Shown in pieces: positions 1 to 7,916 of a DNA stretch of 32,000 nt (position 1 is its first letter; each line of letters opens with the position of its first letter). The DNA lies in contig NZ_JAYKKN010000008.1 in the NCBI RefSeq assembly GCF_035117775.1, positions 37,749 through 69,748 of the forward strand, read 5' to 3'. The translations under genes were made by a program, and so were the position numbers. Under the pieces are notes generated by a model. That model was not told the origin of the DNA, ran no database searches, and worked only from the letters and a program-made list of their open reading frames with translations. Source of the stretch: Cellvibrio chitinivorans (GTDB taxonomy: Bacteria > Pseudomonadota > Gammaproteobacteria > Pseudomonadales > Cellvibrionaceae).

Positions 1-2
1 TT

Positions 3-1037
3 GGTTACTCACACCCGGCAGTTACCAAAGCATTGTCCGAACAAGCGGCGACGCTGCTGCACGTATCGAACCTGTACAACATTCCGCAACAGCAACGCTT
101 GGCCGATCTGCTGATTCAAGCATCAGGCATGGACAAGGTTTTCTTCTCCAACTCTGGCGCTGAAGCAAACGAAGCAGCTATCAAGATTGCGCGCAAATAC
201 GGCAATGATAAGGGCGTAAAAAACCCAAGCATTATCGTCATGGCCAATAGCTTCCACGGCAGAACCCTCGCAACTCTGAGCGCTACAGGCAATGCTAAGG
301 TGCAGATAGGCTTTGAACCATTGGTAGAAGGCTTTATCCGCGTGCCATACAACGATGTGGCCGCAGTGAAATCTGCACTGGTCGAACACAAAAATATCGT
401 CGCCATTTTGGTTGAACCCGTACAGGGCGAAGGCGGCGTGCGTGTTCCTGCTGCAGACTATTTGAATCAACTGCGCGGCATTGCCGACCAGCACGACCTG
501 TTGTTGATGCTGGATGAAATCCAAACTGGCAATGGCCGTACTGGCACCTTTTTCGCCTATCAACACAATAATTTGCTGCCGGACGTAGTAACTACAGCCA
601 AAGGCTTGGGCAATGGCGTACCAATTGGTGCCTGCCTTGCGCGCGGCAAAGCGGCAGAAGTGCTGCAGCCGGGCAACCACGGCACCACGTTTGGCGGCAA
701 CCCACTGGCCTGTAGTGCCGGTATTGCAGTGATTGAAACCCTGCAGTCCGCTAATCTGATCGCTCAGGTAAAAACACTGGGTGACAAACTATTGGCCGAT
801 TTCAAAACCGCGCTTGCTGGTAACCCCAAGGTGGTCGATATTCGCGGCAAAGGCTTAATGATCGGTATCGAACTCAATGCCCCCTGCCCCGAGCTGGTTC
901 AAAAAGCACGCGATCTGGGCGTATTGATCAATGTTACTGCAGTCAACACTATTCGCTTGCTGCCAACCTTCATCCTTACTCAAGCTGAGGCTGATGAGCT
1001 GGTCACCAAAGTAGTCCAATTGGTTAACGAGTTTTAA
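3..1037 (+). CDS. argD: Acetylornithine/succinylornithine aminotransferase (class III PLP aminotransferase), 5'-truncated by the window edge
   Basis: The frame is open from nt 3 (GYSHPAVTKAL...). The track's M at 33 is an internal TTG codon. Class-III aminotransferase strings are present: FFSNSGAEANEAAIKIARKY, LDEIQTGNGRTG, TTAKGLGNG. The gene lies directly upstream of argF. Confidence 0.9.
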   Translation, partial: GYSHPAVTKALSEQAATLLHVSNLYNIPQQQRLADLLIQASGMDKVFFSNSGAEANEAAIKIARKYGNDKGVKNPSIIVMANSFHGRTLATLSATGNAKVQIGFEPLVEGFIRVPYNDVAAVKSALVEHKNIVAILVEPVQGEGGVRVPAADYLNQLRGIADQHDLLLMLDEIQTGNGRTGTFFAYQHNNLLPDVVTTAKGLGNGVPIGACLARGKAAEVLQPGNHGTTFGGNPLACSAGIAVIETLQSANLIAQVKTLGDKLLADFKTALAGNPKVVDIRGKGLMIGIELNAPCPELVQKARDLGVLINVTAVNTIRLLPTFILTQAEADELVTKVVQLVNEF

Positions 1038-1108
1038 TCCTTAGCGACAACGCTAAAAAGAGTTACAAACAAGCGCGCGCATAACGCGCGCGCTGCAATA
1101 AAAGAGCA

Positions 1109-2032
1109 ATGATTATGGTACCCCCAAAGGCACCGAGACATTTTCTAACCCTCGCCGATATCAATAGCGCCGAATTACAGCAGATTATTGCGCGCGCCAT
1201 CGAACTCAAAGCCATGCTACGTGCGGGCAAAGCGCCCGAACTGCTCAACAACAAAGTGCTGGCAATGATTTTTGAGAAAAACTCCACCCGCACCCGCGTT
1301 TCTTTTGAATCCGGTGTTGCCAAGCTGGGCGGTCACGCGATCTTCTTATCGACCAAAGACTCGCAACTGGGTCGCGGCGAGCCAATCGAAGATTCTGCAC
1401 GCTGCATTGCCAGCATGGTCGATATGGTGATGATCCGTACCTACGCCCACGACACAGTAGAGCGCTTTGCTGAATACTCGCGAGTTCCGGTGATCAACGG
1501 CCTGACCGATGAATATCATCCATGCCAGTTGCTGGCCGACATCCAAACCTATGTAGAACAACGCGGCTCACTCGCCGGTAAAACCGTTGCATGGGTCGGC
1601 GATGGCAACAACATGTGTAACTCCTATATTCAGGCCGCCGAGCTGTGTGATTTTGAATTGCGCATTGCCACACCCAAAGGTTTTGAGCCGGAAGACGAGT
1701 TTGTCGCACCCTATGCAAACCGAGTCACTCTGACTAATGACCCGCGCGCCGCAGTTGCTGGTGCCGATCTGGTCGTTACTGACACTTGGGCGTCTATGGG
1801 TCAGGAGGATGAAAAGAAGCAGCGCGAGAAAATCTTTGCTGGATATCAGGTAAATAAAGAGCTGATGAACCTTGCCAAGCCAGATGCACTCTTTATGCAC
1901 TGCTTGCCCGCCTATCGCGGCAAAGAAGTAACAGCAGACATTCTCGATGCGCCCGATTCAGTTGTTTGGGAAGAAGCAGAAAACCGCATGCACGCACAAA
2001 ATGCACTCATGGAGTTCCTGTTTAACCAATAA
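1109..2032 (+). CDS. argF: Ornithine carbamoyltransferase
   Basis: The translation carries STRTRVSFE (carbamoyl-phosphate site), HPCQLLAD and HCLPAYRG. At 307 aa the length is typical. The start could be 1109 or 1115 (MIM...). Confidence 0.95.
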   Translation: MIMVPPKAPRHFLTLADINSAELQQIIARAIELKAMLRAGKAPELLNNKVLAMIFEKNSTRTRVSFESGVAKLGGHAIFLSTKDSQLGRGEPIEDSARCIASMVDMVMIRTYAHDTVERFAEYSRVPVINGLTDEYHPCQLLADIQTYVEQRGSLAGKTVAWVGDGNNMCNSYIQAAELCDFELRIATPKGFEPEDEFVAPYANRVTLTNDPRAAVAGADLVVTDTWASMGQEDEKKQREKIFAGYQVNKELMNLAKPDALFMHCLPAYRGKEVTADILDAPDSVVWEEAENRMHAQNALMEFLFNQ

Positions 2033-2074
2033 AGCTCAGACTTGATGTATTAGGTAAGAGACAAAAAATCAAAA

Positions 2075-2108
2075 CCCGCTAATTCCACAGAATTAGCGGG
2101 TTTTTTAT
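2075..2108 (+). terminator. Rho-independent terminator after argF
   Basis: A perfect 10-bp stem, cccgctaatt (2075-2084) with aattagcggg (2091-2100), has a 6-nt loop and is followed by TTTTTT. Confidence 0.85.
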
Positions 2109-2429
2109 TGCGCATCAAAAATGCACACAATAGGGACAACGTTGTCGGTTGCGCACCAGAGCAAAACACACAAAATCACCAAAATATTACACAAAGTAAC
2201 ATCGATTCTGAAAAATGCCCCAAAACCATGCTTTTAATAACATTAAGAAATCTAACTTTGTTTTTATATTCATTATATGAATAAAAACGATCAATTTTTC
2301 CGTTTTTGCGCAAAAACAATCTTAAAAATCGTAACTTAAAGTAACAAAAAGGTAACGTAACATGCCTATAATTCGTCCGTGGGTGCAGTTAAACATTGTT
2401 AGTAAATTTTTCCTTCTGAGGTTTTTATC

Positions 2430-2765
2430 ATGACTAAATCATTTGTTTCTAAAGTTGTTGCTGTTGTATCTCTGGCTAGCCTGTCAACCTTGTCAGTAAT
2501 GGCAAACGCAGAAGCCTTCGCTTCTTACAAAGAAGTTCCAGGCGTAGTATCAAAAGTAGACTCTGTTGAAAACACCATCACTATCACTACCAAAGATGGC
2601 GCAACAAAAACCTTCAACGTAGTAAAAGGTGCAAAAGTAGCTACCTCTAAAGGTCGTGTAATGACTCTGGATTCTTTGGCTAAAGGCGATACCGTTGTGC
2701 TGAAAAACCGTGTTTCTACTCCTGTTGCGAGTGAAGCAAAAGCTCAAGTATTGTCAGCTAAGTAA
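2430..2765 (+). CDS. Small secreted protein of unknown function (111 aa)
   Basis: It has a Sec signal peptide (MTKSFVSKVVAVVSLASLSTLSVMANAEA). GAGG lies upstream of the ATG and a hairpin lies downstream. Codon choice (tct, gct, gtt, cgt, aaa, ttc, atc) differs from neighbouring genes. I recognise no family confidently. Confidence 0.7.
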   Translation: MTKSFVSKVVAVVSLASLSTLSVMANAEAFASYKEVPGVVSKVDSVENTITITTKDGATKTFNVVKGAKVATSKGRVMTLDSLAKGDTVVLKNRVSTPVASEAKAQVLSAK

Positions 2766-2812
2766 TTCGTTTGTGCTGGTTTCTAAATACATAAAAAAGC
2801 TTTGACCACTCA

Positions 2813-2845
2813 ATGAGCCCCGCATGGGGCTTATTGAAATTTTTC
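2813..2845 (+). terminator. Probable terminator of the small secreted-protein gene
   Basis: The hairpin gagcccc-gcat-ggggctt is followed by attgaaattttt. The T-run is separated from the stem, so this call is only moderate. Confidence 0.5.
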
Positions 2846-3034
2846 TCCAATCCCAGCTATTCGGCATCTAATGCCTCTTCTGAATTACAGCCGCAAATAA
2901 TTCTTACTTCTGCATACGTATTCAAACTTTTTCTTTTTCTAATTTCACTTATTCTGATTTCGGAAGTTGTTGTTGCATGCCTGACATGCATACAAACCTA
3001 ATAAACATAATCACTAAAACTTCGGTAAATCACC

Positions 3035-5074
3035 ATGAAAACACTCCCCAAACTTTTGTTTGCTTGTTTGCTATCCCCGTTAGTTTCTATTCCTGTACAT
3101 GCACAAACGGCATTTGTGCATTTATTTGAATGGCAATGGAATGACATCGCATCCGAATGCGAAAATGTTCTAGCTCCGAAAGGTTACGCCGCGGTACAAG
3201 TATCGCCACCGCAAAAATCCGTGAGCGGAAATGCTTGGTGGACACGCTATCAACCTGTGAGTTATTCCATTGAAGGTCGCTCTGGTACACGCGCAGAATT
3301 TGCAAGTATGGTTGCGCGCTGTAAGGCCGTAGGTGTTGATATTTATGTCGATGCTGTTATCAATCACATGTCCGCAGGTAATCGTAACTTCCCTGAAGTG
3401 CCTTACGGCACAAATGATTTTCATAGCTGTACCAGCAATATTGATTACACCAATGCATGGCAAGTTCAAAATTGTGATTTGGTTGGATTAAATGATTTAA
3501 AAACCGAATCTGATTATGTACGCGGAAAAATCGCTGCTTATCTAAATGATTTATCCAGCATGGGCGTTGCGGGTTTTCGCTTCGATGCAGCCAAACATAT
3601 TCCCCACGGCGATATCGCCAACATTGTCAGTCGGTTAAATGGATCACCTTATATTTTTCAGGAAGTAATTGGCGCAGCTAATGAACCAATTACGCCGGCG
3701 CAATATACTTATATCGGCGACGTAACCGAATTTAATTTCACCAATACAATCGGGCATTACTTTAAAGGTCGCGCGCAATTAAAAGATTTGCGCAACATAG
3801 GCACCTGGAGTGGCTGGGTTCCGAGCAGCGATGCAGTTGTATTTGTCGCAAACCACGATAACCAACGTCAAAACACCGCCAATACAATCACGCATAAAGA
3901 TGGCATGAACGTTAATAACATTGCGCATGTATTTACACTGGCATTTCCCTACGGTTATCCAAAAGTAATGTCCAGTTATGACTGGAGCGATCACGACCAA
4001 GGCCCACCAAGCAGCGGCGCAAGCGCCTGTAATAACGGCTGGCTGTGTGAACATCGCAACCGTGAAATTGCCAATATGGTTGGCTTTCGCAACGCCACTA
4101 AAGACGCATTTTATTTATCCAATTGGTGGGACAACGGCGCAAACCAAATTGCATTTGGGCGCGGCAGCCTCGGCTTTGTTGTCATCAACGGTGAAAACAA
4201 CAGCATGAGCGTGACACTGCAAACCGGTTTGGCCGCAGGTAGCTATTGCAATGTGATTGCCGGTGATTTTGTTAACGGTAGTTGCACAGGCAGCAGTATT
4301 ACTGTTGCTGCTGATGGCACAGCAACATTTAATGTTGCAGCAAAAAGTGCAGCCGCTATTCACGTGCAAGCAAAAAACGGCACTGTAACAGGCAACAACT
4401 GTGTTTACTCTTCCATGAAAATGCGCGGCACTTTTAATAACTGGAGCAGTACTGATATGAATTGCGCCAGCGGTATTTGGGTTGGCAGCGCAACCTTTAG
4501 CGGGAGCAGCACGGATCGTTTTAAGTTCGATGCCTACGGCAACTGGGTTAATAACTGGGGCAACAACAACAGCGATTTAATTGCAGATGCGGGTGGTAAT
4601 GATATTGCTGTAACAACCGCAGGCACCTACAACATCACTTTTAATGATGCGAGCTTGCAATATTCAATTACACCAACCACTGCCAGTAGCTCTGCTCCAT
4701 CGAGCACAGCAAGTAGCGCCTCATCATTCACAGCAAGCAGTGCAAATAACTCAAGCGCAGCATCCAGCTCTGTATCGGCGAACGTTAGTGTTAACTTCAC
4801 CTGCCAAAACGGTATAACCTATAACGGACAAAGTGTTTATGTCACAGGCAATCACGCAACACTCGGCAACTGGGCTCCAGCTTCTGCGATAAAACTTTCA
4901 CCCACGAGCTATCCGACCTGGACAGGCACAATTCAGTTACCCGCGAACACTGCAATTGAATGGAAATGTGTGAAGCGCGAAGAAAATAATGCAGCGGCAG
5001 GTGTGGTATGGGAAAGTGGCAGCAATAATTCTCTGAACACCGCAACTGCAACCACCACGCTGGGCGCATTCTAA
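3035..5074 (+). CDS. Secreted modular GH13 alpha-amylase: catalytic domain, an unassigned beta-sandwich module, a Ser-rich linker and a C-terminal CBM20-like starch-binding module
   Basis: The four GH13 regions are present: DAVINHM, GFRFDAAKHI, FQEVI, FVANHDNQR. The N-terminus FVHLFEWQWNDIASECE...GYAAVQVSPP closely resembles chloride-dependent animal-type and Pseudoalteromonas amylases. There is a signal peptide ending VHAQ. The C-terminus GQSVYVTGN..LGNW...WTGTIQLP...IEWKCVKRE is CBM20-like. Confidence 0.95.
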   Translation: MKTLPKLLFACLLSPLVSIPVHAQTAFVHLFEWQWNDIASECENVLAPKGYAAVQVSPPQKSVSGNAWWTRYQPVSYSIEGRSGTRAEFASMVARCKAVGVDIYVDAVINHMSAGNRNFPEVPYGTNDFHSCTSNIDYTNAWQVQNCDLVGLNDLKTESDYVRGKIAAYLNDLSSMGVAGFRFDAAKHIPHGDIANIVSRLNGSPYIFQEVIGAANEPITPAQYTYIGDVTEFNFTNTIGHYFKGRAQLKDLRNIGTWSGWVPSSDAVVFVANHDNQRQNTANTITHKDGMNVNNIAHVFTLAFPYGYPKVMSSYDWSDHDQGPPSSGASACNNGWLCEHRNREIANMVGFRNATKDAFYLSNWWDNGANQIAFGRGSLGFVVINGENNSMSVTLQTGLAAGSYCNVIAGDFVNGSCTGSSITVAADGTATFNVAAKSAAAIHVQAKNGTVTGNNCVYSSMKMRGTFNNWSSTDMNCASGIWVGSATFSGSSTDRFKFDAYGNWVNNWGNNNSDLIADAGGNDIAVTTAGTYNITFNDASLQYSITPTTASSSAPSSTASSASSFTASSANNSSAASSSVSANVSVNFTCQNGITYNGQSVYVTGNHATLGNWAPASAIKLSPTSYPTWTGTIQLPANTAIEWKCVKREENNAAAGVVWESGSNNSLNTATATTTLGAF

Positions 5075-5119
5075 AATTTAAATTTATTAGCATTAAAAAG
5101 ATCGGCAAAAAAATCGGCA

Positions 5120-5163
5120 AAAAAAAATGGCGACCGAGTGTTACTCCGTCGCCATTTTTTTAT
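5120..5163. terminator. Bidirectional terminator between the convergent amylase gene and the 5175-6380 gene
   Basis: The stem atggcgac (5127-5134) pairs with gtcgccat (5148-5155). It is flanked by an A-run upstream and a T-run downstream. Confidence 0.85.
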
Positions 5164-5174
5164 AAAAGATCAAA

Positions 5175-6380
5175 TCACACCGTTAAATTAATTTCCTGCA
5201 CCACTCCAACCTTGCCATCTTCAGTTAAATAAACGCCGGAATTGACCACTTCACCGAGCGAATTATTTTGTTCATCCTTTAATTGAAATGATGATGTCAC
5301 ATGCCCCAGAAAAATTGCGCCGATATTTTTATCGCCCAAAGCCATTAGTTGGGTCGAACCATCTTCATTCATCGACCAAATACGCAACTGGTGATAAATG
5401 CTATCGCCCTCGTCGATAAAATTGTTGCCATCTTCATCATAAGCAGCAAGCTCGGCAAAACCGCGGCCACTGCTAGGGCCGAATAGCTCACTGCCGTTAT
5501 TAATACTGCCGTCGCCATTGCGGTCCAACGCCAAATAGCCGCTGCCCGGACGCAAACTGGCGATCTGTTCAGCGGTACCATCTGAATCCAAGTCAAACTC
5601 AAAACGCGTTTGGCTTAGTGCAGCGCCCAAGCCATCGAAATTAATAACCAGCGGATCAACTTTTTTACTGCCTGCTTCAATCTGTAAATTGGACTCCTGT
5701 ACAAACTCGCGGCTCATTTTCATCGCCACCGAAAAATCTATCTCTCGCCCGTCCGCCGTATGCACAACGCCGACAGCCTGAAAGCGCATAGATTCCTGCT
5801 CCTGATAGCGCTCATGGCGTTGATAAATCAACCCGGGGCCAGCACTGCGAACGACCGTCAGTTGTGCGGCAGCCTGCGCCACGGCCGACGATGGAGGCGC
5901 AGTATCCACTGACAAGCTTTCCACCTTGGAGCCCTGTTTTGCACGCAAATCGCCAACACTGGTCACTCTCAACTCCGCTCCGGTGATGGCCTTATACATA
6001 GATTCGATAATGATTTTGTTCAGTCGGGTGCGCGAATCCATAGAGCCCGTCAAATCGAGCGTCTCGCTAATCCTGTACATCGCCAAGAGCGAGCCCGCTT
6101 GCGAGAGATCAACCTCAGGCTCAGGTGGCAATATCACCTCCGCCCTCGTGGGTTCAAGCATCACGGGTTGGTCGCGCCAAAACTCCAACTGTTCGGTCAC
6201 ATGTAGCTCTTCGCGATAATCCCGCTGTGCAGCCATACCAATTTGGGCATTGGAAATAATCATAAAGCCATCCGCTATTGTGAAGATCCATAGAAACCGC
6301 ACGCGCAATAACAGCGAAAAATGCGGGTTAGCCTCTATAGCGGCAAAAATGCTGTTTTTTTGAGCTTTATTTGGCGCCAA
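5175..6380 (-). CDS. Hypothetical protein with a C-terminal DxDxDG-type calcium-binding region; start uncertain
   Basis: The C-terminal half carries DPLVINFDG...FDLDSDGTAE...LDRNGDGSINNGSELFG...YDEDGNNFIDEGD...MNEDGS. This is the Asp/Gly-rich pattern seen next to RTX/VCBS-type calcium-binding proteins. The track start at 6380 is a TTG with no Shine-Dalgarno sequence. The first in-frame ATG is at 6263. Confidence 0.7.
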   Translation of the reverse strand: MAPNKAQKNSIFAAIEANPHFSLLLRVRFLWIFTIADGFMIISNAQIGMAAQRDYREELHVTEQLEFWRDQPVMLEPTRAEVILPPEPEVDLSQAGSLLAMYRISETLDLTGSMDSRTRLNKIIIESMYKAITGAELRVTSVGDLRAKQGSKVESLSVDTAPPSSAVAQAAAQLTVVRSAGPGLIYQRHERYQEQESMRFQAVGVVHTADGREIDFSVAMKMSREFVQESNLQIEAGSKKVDPLVINFDGLGAALSQTRFEFDLDSDGTAEQIASLRPGSGYLALDRNGDGSINNGSELFGPSSGRGFAELAAYDEDGNNFIDEGDSIYHQLRIWSMNEDGSTQLMALGDKNIGAIFLGHVTSSFQLKDEQNNSLGEVVNSGVYLTEDGKVGVVQEINLTV

Positions 6381-6515
6381 AATTAGAATTAATAGCTATG
6401 AGCAGTCCATCAAACTGGTGGTTTTGAGTGGCGAGATAGGGAATGGAAACAATATAAGGAAGGTATGGGAAAGCAAAAGAAGTAAAAGCGAGGGACGTAA
6501 AAGCGGAGAAATGCC

Positions 6516-7307
6516 TTAATTGCGCGCCAGCACCATTTGGTTTTTATAGCGCTGATGCAGGATGTTCACACGGAAAACGTAGGTCTTGGTTTCTTCAAAC
6601 GGAGGGACGCCGCGATACTTTTCTACCGCTCCCGGCCCGGCGTTGTAAGCGGCTGTTGCCATAGTGATGCTGCCATCAAATCGCTTAAGTAAATACGCAA
6701 GGTATTTAACCCCACCCTCAATGTTCTGCGCCGCATTGCTGGTATCACTCACCCCCATATCGCTGGCGGTTCCCGGCATCAGCTGCATCAACCCCATCGC
6801 CCCTTTGCGTGAACGCGCCAGCGGGTTGAAGTTGGATTCAGCATGAATCACCGCGCGTACCAGTGCTGGGTCAACACCATGCCGCTGCGCCGCTTGAGTG
6901 ATTAGATAGGTGAACTCGGTCATATAGAGCTTTACGCCACGCCAATCTACTCGCGACAAGGGATTACAAGCGAAACAAGAGGTGTAGACGATAACTTCGT
7001 AAGCCGCCTTTTTCGGTTGGCGATCAGAAAAGGTCACTGCGCCATCTTTCTGATACTTAAAGAACTTGAAGGGTTGTTTACTGGCCGCCGCTTCAGCCGC
7101 TAATCGCTCCTGCTCACGGCGCGCCTTTTCTTCGGCAGCGGTTTTTTCAGCCACACGGCGCACATGCGCCTCAAAATCCTCAAGGCTGGATTCCTGCGCC
7201 GAAGTTTCAGTCGCGGGTTGCATATTTCCTTCAGCCCATAGCGGAACGCTGGCAAAAGCCAGTAACGAAAGCGCTAGAAATGGGATGATTTTATGCACAG
7301 CAACCAC
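6516..7307 (-). CDS. Lytic murein transglycosylase (SLT domain) with an N-terminal DUF4124-like segment
   Basis: SLT catalytic region: AVIHAESNFNPLARSRKGAMGLMQLMPGTA ... AAYNAGPGAV. The DUF4124-like string is FKYQKDGAVTFSDRQP. There is a signal peptide. The start codon is GTG. Confidence 0.85.
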   Translation of the reverse strand: MVAVHKIIPFLALSLLAFASVPLWAEGNMQPATETSAQESSLEDFEAHVRRVAEKTAAEEKARREQERLAAEAAASKQPFKFFKYQKDGAVTFSDRQPKKAAYEVIVYTSCFACNPLSRVDWRGVKLYMTEFTYLITQAAQRHGVDPALVRAVIHAESNFNPLARSRKGAMGLMQLMPGTASDMGVSDTSNAAQNIEGGVKYLAYLLKRFDGSITMATAAYNAGPGAVEKYRGVPPFEETKTYVFRVNILHQRYKNQMVLARN

Positions 7308-7441
7308 GATTTATTTGTTCAAAAATGGAAACAGGGAGATTTAGTGTAGCCCAGCTTTGTGAAAAGCTCTGTCACCAAAATCCATTTTCGTGACCTTATA
7401 CAACTTATCGAAATAGCGGCCGCAAAGATTCGCTATAAGGC

Positions 7442-7843
7442 TCAGGACTCAAGCCAGACATCCCGCACCCATTGCCAGACGGACGCCCAGGTTTCATCGG
7501 CCAGATCACCATCGCGCCAATAAACCACCTCTCCGTCCGGCTCTACGCAGTAGTAACTGCCGTTCACTTCGCAGATAGGCAACAAATGGCGCGGCACGCC
7601 CATCGCCCAAGCGGTGGCGGTAACTTCGGGTAAATAGGTGTGAGAGTTAGGATCGGCAGCGGTTACCGGCTCGATAGTGCCGTAGACCACATCGCTGGCT
7701 TCCAGCAGAAAGGTGCGTACATCGCGCGGGATGGGCAGAAGAATCTCTTCTTCAATCTCGACCAGTGTGTCTTCATCGGGCAAATCCAGCGGCACTGGCA
7801 CTGGTTCGTTGTGATCGCGCAGGAGTTCGAGTATTTCTTCCAT
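7442..7843 (-). CDS. SMI1/KNR4 (SUKH-1)-like small acidic protein
   Basis: The 133-aa protein has a layout typical of SUKH proteins (LP.P.DVRTFLLE ... LLPICEVNGSYYCVEPDGEVVYW). The family call is from memory of the pattern only. It lies 73 nt downstream of polB on the same strand. Confidence 0.55.
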   Translation of the reverse strand: MEEILELLRDHNEPVPVPLDLPDEDTLVEIEEEILLPIPRDVRTFLLEASDVVYGTIEPVTAADPNSHTYLPEVTATAWAMGVPRHLLPICEVNGSYYCVEPDGEVVYWRDGDLADETWASVWQWVRDVWLES

Positions 7844-7916
7844 CGTAATGCCTGTTAGTGATGACGGGAGGCGGAATATAGCCCGAAGCCCTTATCCATA
7901 ACAAGCGATGCACACA

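Noticed and set aside
123-680. A 185-aa minus-strand ORF, plus 116-406, antisense to argD
   Set aside because: It lies fully inside a well-supported argD frame. It has no recognisable motifs and looks like a typical shadow ORF.
2813-3001. A 62-aa ORF upstream of the amylase gene
   Set aside because: It starts inside the terminator hairpin of the preceding gene. It has no Shine-Dalgarno sequence and a low-complexity hydrophobic translation. The region is more likely the amylase promoter; it also contains the small palindrome TGCATG-N5-CATGCA at 2974-2990.
5090-5127. The tandem atcggcaaaaaaa repeat (aaaagatcggcaaaaaaatcggcaaaaaaaaa) considered as a possible CRISPR or VNTR
   Set aside because: There are only two short units. 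They merge into the A-run of the bidirectional terminator and there is no spacer structure.
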